Source: Eledone cirrhosa
Lineage: Eukaryota
NCBI GenBank assembly: GCA_964016885.1
Contig: OZ024760.1
Location: forward strand, 3,968,001 to 4,032,000
Length of the DNA: 64,000 nucleotides
Direction: 5' to 3'
The first letter of the stretch is position 1. Each line of letters opens with the position of its first letter. The notes beneath the pieces are model-generated. The model did no database searches and was not told the origin of the DNA. It was given only the letters and a program-made list of their open reading frames with translations. The position numbers and the translations under genes are program-made. Positions 11,003 to 25,192 of the stretch are shown here, piece after piece.

Positions 11003-14000
11003 TTACAGACACATACTCAGAGAAGGCCCATTCATTCGGGCCATACTTGCTTCTCTCACCCATCTTTCAACAAAATGCTGGGAAGAGAGCACTTCCCCCT
11101 CTACCCTGATTTTCCTTTTCAAATAAAATTTGAAAAAGTTAATCAGGGCATCACCGAAGAGGTAAGTGCTCGTCTTCAGCCCTTTCAAACGTGTCCACCA
11201 TACTATCTCTTTCGCCATGGCCACCAGACAGATAAAAACTGCCTGCCCTTCCCGGCTAAAGGAAGAGGACGGAGCAATCCTCACGATGGACTCAGCTGAT
11301 AGCTGGATCCGTCCTACACGTGACAGCAGGTGTTCGACATAAACCCACAAGTCAGCAATGCTCGGACACTGGACGAGTGCGTGCAGGACGGTTTCGTCGC
11401 CCTGTGCGCATCTCGGACATGCCCGGCTGACGGCACCTCCATGCCTGTAGAGTTTATCCCGAACTGGCAAAGCACCCCGGTAGCACTGCCAGGCCAGGGA
11501 TTTCTGGAAGTTGTCCATAGGCCCCGGCCCGAAAGTCCTTCCGAAGAGATTGGCTAGTTGATTTTCGTCGACGCCTAGAGTTTCTCCAAGTACGTCGTCG
11601 CTCTTCCCCTCCACTAATCCCCTATAGAACGCCAAGGTGGAGTTTCCACCGATCACATTGCCCGATTGGTCGAGGGCTGTGAGCGCCTGAAGACATTCCA
11701 GTCTCCAAGCGCTCCCTCTCGGTCTTCGCTTGACCCAGGACTGCAGCTCCGTCAAGGAGACGAGCTGGGGAAAAACGTGTCTAGCAAAATGTCGAGGAAG
11801 AGGTGGAGATGTCGTAGCCTGAGCGCGTGTCTGCGAATCATCAGCCACGGCATGCCCAGCCCTCCACGTAGCGGGTGTTGACAGCAGATGGACCGCCTGA
11901 CCATCGGAGCGCGTCCCTTCCACAAGAAGCGAAAGAGCAAACGCTCCAGCGCAGTCAGGCGGGGCTTAGGACAAGGAACGACGGTCAGGCGGTAGTAGAT
12001 GACGGACACGATGTACGCGTTAGCCACCTCCGCTCGACCTTTCAGGGATAGCTTCCTCTCGGCCCATTTCTGGGTGAGAGAAGCCACCCTGATCGTCACC
12101 TCGTCCCAGTTTTTGTCCGTCTGGAGGTCTGGACCGAACCAGACCCCTAGCAATTTAACCGGTCCGTCCGTCCAGCGCCCGACGACGCTGTTGGACGGCA
12201 TGGACCTGCCTCTCCAGGTGCCGAGCTGCAGGCCCACTGACTTTTCCTGGTTGATCATTGCTCCTGTCACCGCTTCGTATTCTCTTAGTGTAGTGCCGAT
12301 CGCCTCGATGTGTTTGGCGTTCGACACCACTACGGTGACATCGTCCGCATATGCTGACACGGATCTTCCGCATCCTAGTTCGCGCGGGACCCCCCTCAAC
12401 GTCTCCAGTTTGTGCAGTAATGGCTCGAGAGTCAATACGTACAATAGGGACGAGAGGGGACATCCTTGGCGGACCGAGCGCATGATGTTGAACGGTTCCG
12501 AAAGGTGACCGTTCACTCACACTACAGAGCAGATGTCGCTGTGCATGGCAGCGATCCAGCCTCTGAAGACGGGCCCAAAGCCAGCCGCTCTCAGGACTGC
12601 CGCTAGGTAACGATGGTCGACCCTATCGAAGGCTTTCGACTGATCTAAACTGTGCCAGGTTCCCTAGCTACCCTCTCTACGATGTATCGCATGAGGTGGA
12701 GGTTGTCGTGGATGGATCTGTCGGAAATGGCGCATGTCTGTGCCTCTCCCACCAGTCCACCAACGACAAGCGCCAACCTCTTTGCTAGCACCTTGGCCAA
12801 AATCTTGAACTCTGTGTTTAGCATAGTTATGGGCCTAAAATTATCTATGTTATCCCCCTTGTTTGGATCCTTTCTCAGCAGCGCCACCGCTCCTCGGCTC
12901 ACAGAGCTGGGAATTCTCCCGTTTTGTTGCCAGTTGCAGTAGACGTCCGCCAAGAGGCCTCCGAACAAGTCTGGCATTTGTACGTAAAGTTCATAGGGCA
13001 GACCATCCAAACCAGGCGATTTACCCCTTGTGCAGCCAGTCATTGCCTCCCGTACTTCAGCGGTTGTTATCGGCTTTTCGCAACACTCCGCCTCAGTGGC
13101 CGAAAGCCGCGGCAGTCCGTCGAGCTAGACACTAAAGTCCATCCCTCGATCCGGCCCACCACTGCCCCCGAACAGTTGAGCGAAGTGTCGCTGAAAAGCT
13201 TCACACATTTGCCCATTGAACGGCTTTCGTCCCTCGTGTCTGAGAGCACGCACCCTAGCTCTGACAACGCAGCCTTCGTGCTTTGCATGAAGAACTGGTC
13301 AAGGGCCAATTTCGCCGCAAGTACGTCGGTCGCGATGCCTTTGCTAAGCGCCTCGTCTAATTTTCTAACTAATTCTCCCTCTGCTCTATTTTTCTCTATT
13401 GCTAAAGCCTTACTAAACCTAATGGACTCTATTCTAATTGCTCTTTTCAGAGCAAACCACCACTTGTTGTTGACGATGGCCCTCGTCAACGCCCGCTTAA
13501 CTAGTTCGCTAATCCGGTCTCTGTAGGCCTTGCGCGCTGGTAAGGACGCGTTTAGCTTCCAGTAGCCGGGTCCTCGTCTATGAAGCCTATCTAAGTCAAG
13601 CACACATCACGAATTTGTGGTCCGTGTAGCTGACTATCTTGAATTGTGGACAGCCTATGCTAGACCTAACTATTTCCCTACAAAATACTCTATCTAGATA
13701 TGATCTGGATGACCCTATGCGATTTGTCCAAGACCACATTGGTACATTCAGGAAATCCATTCGGTACCTGTCAGACAGTTCAAATCGCCTGAGCAGGTTG
13801 GTGAGACTCTTGCACCCTCCTTCCCTATCCACTAATCCCACACAATCCCAGCGTCCATCTAAGATCCCGTTCCAGTCGCCCACTAACACTAAAGAGCGGG
13901 ACGTTCCAAGAAAGGTTTCTAGACGCCGGAAGAAATCAGGCCGCCCTGCTCCTGTCGGGGCATAGACGGCCACTAACCTGAAAGCTTGCCCGTCTCCGCT

Positions 14001-14297
14001 GGTCACGTCCAGCACCACCAACTTACCTTCTGGGTCCAGGAAGATGGCCCGTATGGCAAGATCCAAACCTCTCCGAAAAAGCACAGCAACTCCTCCCCCC
14101 GATCCCGGACGGCTGGGAGATGCGTACACATCGTAGCCGCCGAAGATCGGTGCGAAGGCCCGTGCTTCGGAGATTCTGGTCTCGCTGATGGCCACTACAT
14201 CTATGTTTAGTGACCTGAGGTCGTTGAGCAGGTGGCCCTGCTTCCATGACGACCCCAAGCCACGCGCATTTATGCTGCCTATTCTGAGTGAGGTCAT
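11003..14297 (-). pseudogene. Tx1 ORF2 (APE-RT), disrupted
   Basis: Same motifs as copy A, split over several frames. Deletions near 11790, 12650 and 13215 relative to copy A. Confidence 0.9.
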
Positions 14298-14332
14298 GTT
14301 TAAAATAGAGTGGAAAAGATGGGAAAGACCAC

Positions 14333-16436
14333 TTACCGTACTTTTCGTAGAGGAGGGATGGTTTTTCCATCCCTTTTCACTTGATCGTCTGGTGAAGGGA
14401 CCGTTGAATCGTCCCTTCGGCTGGTCGTCGGCTCTTCTATGAGTATGTCCGAATATACTCTTCGGTTGAGTGTCCCTCCTAGGTCTCTGAAACCACCAAC
14501 TGCGTTGGGGAATTTCGTTTTAATGTTTGTATATTGTTTCTGTGCTATTTTTAGCAGTCTTATGTTAGTTGGCGTTTTGATTGGTGCTGGTATTATGTAG
14601 TCGTGTTGTGAAATATCTGTGTGTTCAATTATGTAAGTCATTAGTTTCTTGTTGTGTGTATTTATTGCCGTGCATTCGTTTTTCTGGGGGTGGGATGTGG
14701 TTCTGCTATTTTCTTGTCGTTGTTGCTGGGTGTGTGTGTTTTGTTGTTGTGTTTGCGATGTTGGTGCTTGTGGTGGTGGTGTTGTAGGTGTTGTTGGCGG
14801 TGGGGTTGTCGCCGGTGGTGATGGTGGTGCTAGTGTGGGTGGTGATGGTGTTGGTGGTGTTGCTGCTGTAAGTCTCTTTGCAGTAGCCTTTACCCTTTTT
14901 TCATTTCTTTCCTCCCTTTTCAAAGGCGACGATGCGCTGCTTCTGCGTTTGTGCCTTCTTACGACCTTTTGCCATCCCTCTCCCACCTCACACTCCATGT
15001 CTGATTCTGTGAGGTCGGGGAGGGGACCAGCTCCACTCTTTCACTTGTTGCTGTTGGTGATGTTTGCACTGGAGTCTCTGTTGCAGCTGCATTTGGTATT
15101 GCTGTTGTTGTTGTTAATACTTCCACTGCTGCTGCTGTTTTTGATTTCCGTGGCGTGGGTATGGGTGCCACGGACCTATCGTTCCTGGTTGCCGCTTGTC
15201 CTGTTGCTGGTAGCCGTGGAGGCGGTTTCGGAAGGAGGGGGTTTTCTCCTTTCTCAGGGTCTTCTCGTTGCAGAAGGCCCTGAGGTGAGTCTTCGATCCA
15301 CAGCGAAAGCATTTCGGGCGTTTGCCCTCAACACTTATGGGCAGTTGAGTGCCGTTATCGAAGTCTATCACATCCGGGATAGCTTCGATGCACTCCTGGT
15401 TGGTTTGGATTAACATCTCAATGGAGGTGCCGACTCAATCTTCTCTTACTTTTTTCTGTACTTGCAGTACAGTTGTTTTGTCCTCGATTCCGACGAGGAC
15501 AGACGCGGCCAGCCAAGATGGGGCCATCCCGGGGGGGACGTGGGTCAGTTTGACCCTCACAATTTTTTGCCCGCAGTAGGAGGGCACCAACACCATTTCC
15601 TCGCTCCTTAGGGTCACTAAGGATTGAGCTTTTGCCTCCTGGGGTGTGGCAAAAAGTACGTCTACGGTGGCATATTTCTTGCCTCGGGTGATGTGCGTTT
15701 TCCGCTGCCACACAGACCCCAAGGCTTTTTGTATTTGAGAATCTGTGGCTCTTTCAACCCTACGGGATTTTGTACTTACTGTACGGTACGTGACCGTACA
15801 GTGCTGTTGGGTTTCGAAAACATTTTCCGCTGCCTTGTAGATTGCTCGGTGTCCAGTTTTTGTCACCATCTTCTTCGCTTCCTCTAATTCTTCATTTGTT
15901 ATGAGGATGGTTTCCAGGTTCTTTGCGATACCTGCAAACGAGATTTGTTTTTCTTTGCTGCTGTTGTTGTTGTTGTCGTCGTCAGAGCTGCTGTTACTTT
16001 TGTTGTTGCTGCAGGTACTACGACTACTGCCGCCGCCGCTGTTGCTGTGGTTGTTGTTGTTGTTGCTGCTGCTAATGCTGTTGTTGTTTATGCTGCTGCT
16101 GATGCTGTTGCGGCTGCTACTGTTGTTTTCATTGTCACTGTTGCTGTTGTTATTACGGCTGCTACTGCTATTATTCCTGACGTCAGACGAATGAAATGGG
16201 TTTTCGTATTTCCCGCACACCTGTTTCGTCGTTGTCGTCGTCGTCGTGGAGAAATCTTGCACGCTTTGCACGAGACTTTTCTTTTCTGTCGTCGCTTGCG
16301 AAAGAGAAGGGAGGGAGAGAGACACATTTAAAGAAGGGAGGGAGAGAGACAATCTTCTCTCTGCTGTAGTGACGATTGAGGAAGAAGAAGACGGAATGAG
16401 TGGGAGTGACCTATGAAAATTCTTTTTCGTAGCCAT
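14333..16436 (-). pseudogene. Tx1 ORF1 (gag-like, zinc knuckle), disrupted, with Ser/Asn-rich N-terminus
   Basis: CFRCGSKTHLRAFC; YRTVSTKSRRVERATDSQIQKALG homologous to copy A; ends GKTIPPLRKVR. Confidence 0.8.
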
Positions 16437-16671
16437 GTTGTTTTTTTGTTTAAAATAAATATTGGGCACAAAACCCCAATAAGCAGTTATTTAACCCCGA
16501 AGGGCCAAATAACGGGCAGAAAGACCCCTCTCACGAGGAGGAGGGTGTTTTTGTCTACAAGTTGGTTAAAGTTTTAAACAATTTACAATTGTTATAGCGG
16601 TCAAAATTTACAATACCTTACAGAGCCGAGCCTCCGTCAACCAAAGCATTCAATAATAATAATAATAATAA

Positions 16672-16980
16672 TTGTTTTCTACTTTTGGCACAAGGCCAGC
16701 AATTACCCCAGTGCATTACTGGTGCTTTATTTTATCGATCCCGTAAAGATGAAAAGCAAAGTTAACCACGACGGCATTTGAACACAGAACGTAAATGGCC
16801 ATAATTCTAATAATAATAATGATGGATTCTAATTTAGGTACAGGGCCAACAATTTGGAGGAAGCAGAAGTCGATTATATCAACTCCGGTATTCAAATGGT
16901 ACTTTATTTTATCGACCCAGGAATGATGAAATGCAAATTTGAAACATCGGAGGGATTTGAACTTAGAATGTTGAAAATGG
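16672..16980 (-). mobile_element. Two partial tRNA-derived SINEs with ATT tails
   Basis: GTTTTCTACTTTTGGCACAAGGCCAGCAATTACCCC tail at 16674. A second, older copy lies at about 16822-16980. Confidence 0.75.
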
Positions 16981-17176
16981 TAACTAAATACCACAAAGCA
17001 CTAGTATTGAGTACTATTTTGTTCATATTTGAATGTGCGTGTGTATGTGCACGCGTGTGTTTGCGTGTTTGTACATTTGTATATATGTATGTATACACAC
17101 GCATGTATATGCAATACATACATACACAAATACACACGCCCACATAATAGAAATATATATTTATCTGTATACAATA

Positions 17177-17490
17177 TATTAATAAATGGAAACTATATTT
17201 ATAAAACCATAATTATTTTATATATATTTCAAGGGCAACCGGGTCTTTTTTCCGGGTATGTCAATATTTATTTATAAAACAAATCTATATTTTATCTGAT
17301 GAAAGCGCACCATAATTTGCCTTGGTTGCCCTTGAAATATATATAATAAAATAATTATGGTTTTATAAATATAGTTTCCATTTATTAATATTTTGAATAT
17401 TTACTCCACTAATTGTTGAGTGCTTTATATCAGTTATAAAAATGTTTAAGCTTGTTGAATCCCAACAAATTAAATATAACCTCTGCATAT
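17177..17490 (+). mobile_element. Penelope-like pLTR fragment with hammerhead and an inverted partial copy
   Basis: 17177-17240 is the reverse complement of 17323-17392. HHR motif TTTAT CTGATGA AAGCGCACC..GGTTGCCCTT GAAA TATATATA TA ATAAA (about 17291-17351). Homologue at 47315-47735. Confidence 0.6.
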
Positions 17491-18311
17491 ATTTATCTGT
17501 ATATATAGATTGCCATACATACATGCATACGTCCATACATTCGTTTATTCTTGCTCAGTAATGCGAAGCTAATGCAGAATCAATTCGGTAAAAGCTAATC
17601 AAAAGTGCGCATGCGCAGAACAAGGTTGGTCGTCGGCAGCTTTGATCAAGCTTGTTGGAAGCTGACGTTCATGTTGCTATTGTCCTTGTTGTCGGCGATG
17701 CCAATGTTATTGCTGTTGTTGTTTGTCCTTTTATATATGTATACCTATACAATTTAAGTCAACAAAGACTATCTTCTGAACCCCCCACCCCACATACTCT
17801 CTCTCTCTCTGTCAAATTGTTCACCATCACTGTCGCACCTCTCACACTCAATATATATGTATGTATATATATACACACACTCACACACGGGTGTGTGAGT
17901 GTGTGTATATATATATGTATATATGTAGATACATATCCACACATATTTATCCAGGTTTTCGCCACTAGCTCTTTCTTCTATTCACATCTCAACCGCCTCT
18001 ATTTTTCCTTATATCCTGTCCCCCTTCCTCTCTACAACTATCCACTTCCCCCTTACTATATACTTACTACTCTCTCACCGCATCAATAATTCTCTCTATA
18101 TTTCGTGTATACATATATATTGATATATATATATATATAGATATATATATATATATACATACATATACACACATATATAAATGTATATATATATAAATAT
18201 ACACATACATATATACACACACATATATACACACATATAAATGTATATATATATATATATGCATGCATAAATATACACATACATATACACACATATATAC
18301 ACACATAAATG

Positions 18312-18342
<31 letters not shown>

Positions 18343-18468
18343 GCATACATAAATATACACATACATATACACACACACATATATATATACACATATAAAT
18401 GTATATATATATATGCATACATAAATATACACATACATATACACACACACACATATATACACACATAA

Positions 18469-18507
<39 letters not shown>

Positions 18508-18528
18508 TTGTTATATTTGGGGAGGGTC

Positions 18529-18625
18529 AAAAGTTCCAAAAGGGGGGAAACAGGCCAAGCTTGGCCTGTTTCCCCCCTTTTGGAACTTTTCCCCCGTTGA
18601 TGGGCGTGAGCCCGAAATATTGGGA
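18529..18625 (+). repeat. Perfect 62-bp palindrome followed by a degenerate minimal hammerhead
   Basis: AAAAGTTCCAAAAGGGGGGAAACAGGCCAAG|CTTGGCC...GGAACTTTT (18529-18590), then CCC CCGTTGA T GGGC GTGA GCCC GAAATATT GGG. Confidence 0.65.
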
Positions 18626-18778
18626 TTAAATCTCTACTACGGTAACCCTTCTACCTTTGTTTTGTTTTCATCTTTATCTCTCTCAATTTCCACTTTCACC
18701 TGTTTTTCCTATCTATATTTCACTTCCTACCTCGAGATTTCCCTTTGCATTGTTGTGGCTTTCTTAAATACGTATTTT

Positions 18779-18870
<92 letters not shown>

Positions 18871-19061
18871 AAAAGAGTCGGGACCCCGACGTCTGAGCTC
18901 CGGCCGTTTCGACAGCTAGATCCGAATTAAACCAGTAGTATTAGGACGGCAGGGGCCTAGCTGAATTTATGTAAGTATATATATATGTATGTGTATATAT
19001 GTATGTATGTATGTATGTATGTGTATATATGTATGTGTATATATATATATATATGTATGTA

Positions 19062-19176
19062 GGCGTGTGGCTGAGTCGTTAGAGAATTGGATTCGCAATC
19101 GTGAGGTTGTGAGTTCGATTCCTGGACCAGGCGTTGCGTTATGTCCTTGAGCAAGACACTTTATTTCACGTTGCTC
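19062..19176 (+). mobile_element. tRNA-derived SINE of a second family (CORE/V-like), 5' part
   Basis: A box TGGCTGAGTCGTT, B box GAGTTCGATTCC, then GTCCTTGAGCAAGACACTTTATTTCAC. Confidence 0.75.
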
Positions 19177-19282
19177 CTTCTACCTGGAGTTGCGACCGAT
19201 AGAGAGTATTAGCAATTGGAAAGACCAACGGAAACATTGTTTCCTCGGTCCGATTTGACGAAAGTTGGTCGATTAAAAATAT

Positions 19283-20097
19283 ATAAACGGAAAAATGAAA
19301 CGAAATTTCATTTCCCACTCTTAGTACGGCTGTTACTTAAATATAAGTATGTACACGTACATACATATATGTATACAGACGTACAGTAGTATGTATATAT
19401 ATATATACATACATGCATATATATATGTACGTATGGATTCACCGAACATTTATTATAATGCTCGGTGTGTTTGTTAACAAACATCCCGTATTAAGCCGTA
19501 GTGTCTAGCAACCATCGTTGCTCGTTTGTTCAACACTGACAAAGGAACACTGTACTAGTTTCAAGCTTATTAGCTATCGTCAGCAACGTATACCTTCCTG
19601 CCAGATTGTTGAACGTATATACTTACCTTATGCATATTAACGGCTGAGTAGCCCAATTTGCATATCGAGTGGGTTAATCGGCCGGGTGCACCGAAAACGA
19701 TAAACGGAAAAAATGAAACGAAATTTCATTTCCCACTCTTAGTACGGCTGTTACTTAAATATAAGTATGTACACGTATGTACATACATATATGTATACAG
19801 ACGTTAATATGCATAAGGTAAGTATATACGTTCAACAATCTGGCAGGAAGGTATACGTTGCTGACGATAGCTAATAAGCTTGAAACTAGTACAGTGTTCC
19901 TTTGTCAGTGTTGAACAAACGAGCAACGATGGTTGCTAGACACTAGGCTTAATACGGGATGTTTGTTTACAAACACACCGAGCATTATAATAAATGTTCG
20001 GTGAATCCATACGTACATATATATATGTGTGCATGTATGTATATATATATACATACTACTGTACATCTGAATACATATATGTATGTACGTGTACATA

Positions 20098-20100
<3 letters not shown>
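19283..20100. mobile_element. About 417-bp hammerhead-bearing repeat: one monomer plus a partial copy, then an inverted partial copy (homologue of the 470-bp array unit)
   Basis: ATAAACGGAAAAATGAAACGAAATTTC at 19283 and 19700. 19804-20100 is the reverse complement of about 19345-19641. HHR at 19548-19588 (-) and 19856-19896 (+). Confidence 0.8.
19856..19896 (+). ncRNA. Minimal type-I hammerhead ribozyme motif
   Basis: CGTTG CTGACGA TAGC TAATAA GCTT GAAA CTAG TA CAGTG; palindromic stem III ACTAGT. Confidence 0.7.
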
Positions 20101-20128
<28 letters not shown>

Positions 20129-20130
<2 letters not shown>

Positions 20131-21935
20131 AGGGCGGGTAAAATTCCCGAGATCCATGGACGAGTTCTCTCCAGCGGTCTCTGTCCCTCATTATCGCTGC
20201 CATGTCCTGCGTCTCCAACAGACCAGTGTCTGTCCTTAGGGCATCAATATACGTTAACCTTGGTCTTCCTCTTCTAGTGTGTCCATGTAGGGGCTCCCAA
20301 AGCAGCACTGAGTGCAATGTCAACTCTGGATGTCGGTGAGCATGTCCAGCTAACCTCAGTCTCCTCTGTGTCATTTTTGAGCTGACTCTTGGGAGGCTCC
20401 CATACAGCTCTGAGTTTTTCATCCTCAGTGTATACTGATTAATGTTCAGAGCCATCCTCAGCATTCTCGTGTAAACCCATCCACCATCTGAGTGAGTTTC
20501 TTGGTCAGTGTCCAAGTTTCAGACCCGCACAGCAGCACAGACTCCACTACAGCAATGAAGAGGCGGACCTTCGGGTCTTCATGAAGGTCCGACTTCCATA
20601 CCGATCTCAAGCACGCCGCCCAGGCTTTGCTCTTCCTCTCAACCACATCATCTTCCGTATTCCCAATCTTTGCTCCCAAATACAGGAAGTCCTCAACCAA
20701 TTCTAGCGGCTTCCCGCCTACATTAGTGATCCCTTCTGGCCTCTCAACATTCTCTACCAGATATTTTGTTTTAGTCTCATTCATTCTCAGCCCCAGACTC
20801 ATCGACACAGTCTCAACCTCCTGCATCAAATCCTCTGCCTCCTTCACTGTATTTGTCACCAAAATTATGTCGTCGGCAAATTCAGCATCTGATATCTTTT
20901 TCGCCTTAACTCTCCTGCTCTGAGCCGATGCTACAGTAAAGCCAGAGTCCTGGTGTTTCTCCAGTGCAAGGCGCATACAATAGTCCACTACGATGATAAA
21001 GAGGTAGGGAGCCAATGTATCTCCTTAGAGCACTCCAGCCAGTATCTCAAACAACGCTGTCATCCCATAAGGATCAATTCTATGCTGATCCTACGGAGGA
21101 GAGGATGGATACTGTGGAGGTGATGAGGGAAGAAGTCTGTACCGCTTACACTGAGGCCAGAGAGGAGGCAGTGATAGAGAAGATCAGAAGTGTGGAGAGC
21201 ACGGTTGACAGATCTGGATGTAAGGAGAGCTGGATGATCATCAACGAGATCACAGGGAGGAAGAGAAGGTGTTCGAGTCAGATTCAGGGAACAGGGCCCG
21301 AGGATAGGAAGAGGAAATAGCTAGACCATTTTAGGACCCTACTAGGAGAGCCATCCTCCACAGCCCAGAGCACTGGGGAGATTAGGCGGCTGTTTGAAGA
21401 ACTGGATATTGAAACAGAGCCCTTCACCAGAGAGGAGCTTCAGAGAGCTAAGAAGAAAATCAAGGAGGGCAAGGCTCATAGAGAAGATGGAGTGGCATCA
21501 GAGGTGATGAAGAGGTGTGATTTTGATGATATCATCCTGGGGTTCTGTAACCAAGTACTGGAGAAAGGAGTTGCCCCGAATCAGTGGAGGATCAGTAACA
21601 TCGTCCCAGTGCCAAAGAAGGGAGATCTCTCTAACACCAACAACTACAAGGGGATCTCACTGACGTCACTTGTGGCAAAGACCATCAACAGGATGATTCT
21701 TAACAGGATCCAGCCTGAGATGGAGAAGAAGCTCAGGGACAACCAGAACGGCTTCAGAGAGGGAAGATCAACCACCAGTCACATCCTGATGCTGAGGAGG
21801 ATATTAGAGGGAGCTAGAGCAAAGTGCCTTCCTGCGGTCATGGTTTTCATTGACTTTAGGAAGGCCTTTGATTCTGTGGACCGTCACTGCCTGATGAAGA
21901 TCTTCCAGGTTTATGGAATCCCCAAGAAGCTTAAG
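20129..21935 (-). mobile_element. RTE-clade non-LTR retrotransposon, 5'-truncated, with 5' inversion, in (TA)n
   Basis: Minus strand 20129-21068 encodes GVL*GDTLAPYLF, FADD, YLG, GSETW, GRPRLTYID. Plus strand 21069-21935 encodes the upstream RT part (IVPVPKKGD, NYKGISL, QNGFR, FIDFRKAFDSV, YGIPKKL). Confidence 0.88.
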
Positions 21936-21970
21936 TCATATGTATATATATGTATATGTATATATATATG

Positions 21971-22020
<50 letters not shown>

Positions 22021-22077
22021 TTTCGTTTCTGAATTTGTTTAGCAAGATTCTTTATCTGAAATCGTGTGTTGAAACCG

Positions 22078-23239
<1,162 letters not shown>

Positions 23240-23240
<1 letters not shown>

Positions 23241-23648
23241 GTAGGAGGTGAGTTTTATTGTAGTACAATAAAGCAATGCAGATATCGGATAAGAAGCACT
23301 CTACAGTTTGTAGGACTGGAGTATACATAATATATAAGAACAAAAGATGGTTAAAGGAGTTCCATGTATTTTATTATGCTCATTTCAAAAACAAATATCA
23401 TCATGCAATAATATTTGTGTTTTCATCAGATAAAACAGGAGGACATGATATGAAGGCTAAAAAACACTTGTGGATAGTGCAGTTATGTTGATTTAAAACT
23501 GCACTATCCACAAGTGTTTTTTTAGCCTTCATATCATGTCCTCCTGTTTTATCTGATGAAAACACAAATATTATTGCATGATGATATTTGTTTTTGAAAT
23601 GCGCATAATAAAATACATGGAACTCCTTTAACCATCTTTTGTTCTTAT
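23240..23648. mobile_element. Fold-back non-coding element with outward-facing hammerheads in (TA)n, copy 1
   Basis: Arms about 23332-23482 and 23499-23648. HHR 23548-23612 (+): TTTAT CTGATGA long stem II GAAA TGCGCA TA ATAAA, with a mirror on the minus strand. Confidence 0.8.
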
Positions 23649-23655
23649 ATATATG

Positions 23656-23710
<55 letters not shown>

Positions 23711-23745
23711 GTATATATATGTATATATATATGTATATATATATG

Positions 23746-23902
<157 letters not shown>

Positions 23903-23906
23903 GTAT

Positions 23907-24663
23907 ATAGTAGAATAATCGAGTATCGAAAAATCGGCGCACGAGTTCACGATAAACAAAATTCGAGATGAGCGGCAGAGGGCTCTATAATTCAAATAAA
24001 TTAGAGCTATAACTATCGTTAAAATACCGTCACACGTAGAATATGTCTACAATCAACCAAATAACCGAAAAGTTCGATATGGAAGATTCGGGACACTCAG
24101 ATAAATTATCAATAAATCAATAAATGAAATGAATGTAAAATGCAATATCTAGCTTCTTGGGTTTCTGTAAATCCTTAAACCGTCATCTATCAGCTCATAT
24201 AAAAATATAAGACTTACAGATAATCGTGGGACTGGAGTTACTTCATCAACGAGCTTCGTCCGAATGGATAAAAAGACAAGACCCAGGCTAAAAATACGCA
24301 CATGGATTTCAGCAAGGGAGATAACCTTTATATCCGCAAAAATATTCGGAAAAATGTGGCAAAAACACATATCGAATAAGAGTGCTCAATAGACATGTTA
24401 AAATAAACAGGGGCTATTCATCATTTAATAGAATCGACAAAAAATGAACAATAAAATTAACTGGTCAATATCTAAGTCTAGAGCTAAATATAGTAGAATA
24501 ATCGAGTATCGAAAAATCGACGCACGAGTTCACGATAAACAAAATTCGAGATGAGCGGCAGAGGGCTCTATAATTCAAATAAATTAGAGCTATAACTATC
24601 GTTAAAATACCGTCACACGTAGAATATGTCTACAATCAACCAAATAACCGAAAAGTTCGATAT
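23907..24663 (-). repeat. About 585-bp-period partial tandem non-coding element in (TA)n
   Basis: TAGTAGAATAATCGAGTATCG...AAGTTCGATATG occurs at 23907-24081 and 24491-24664. Homologous to 25820-26065, 48145-48485 and 48735-49160. Confidence 0.7.
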
Positions 24664-24664
24664 G

Positions 24665-24908
<244 letters not shown>

Positions 24909-25010
24909 TTTTATACTCTGCAATGTATTGAGTACCTTACTTACTGTGGTTACCTCCGATTCCACCCGGAATAACGTATATATATATATATATGTTTATA
25001 TATATATATG

Positions 25011-25041
<31 letters not shown>

Positions 25042-25134
25042 GTACATATATGTATATATATATGTATATATGTATATATATGTATATATATATGTATATA
25101 TATATATATGTATATGTATATATTTATATATATG

Positions 25135-25192
<58 letters not shown>

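Larger units (their letters stand above)
10761..16651 (-). mobile_element. Tx1-type non-LTR retrotransposon, full-length copy B, inserted in (AAT)n
   Basis: 3' UTR and ORF2 (11003-14297) near-identical to copy A, with small deletions and frameshifts. Divergent ORF1 and 5' UTR. (AAT)n flanks. Confidence 0.93.

Noticed and set aside
3146-16331. Plus-strand and alternative-frame ORFs overlapping the Tx1 elements
   Set aside because: Antisense or shadow frames of GC-rich TE coding sequence.
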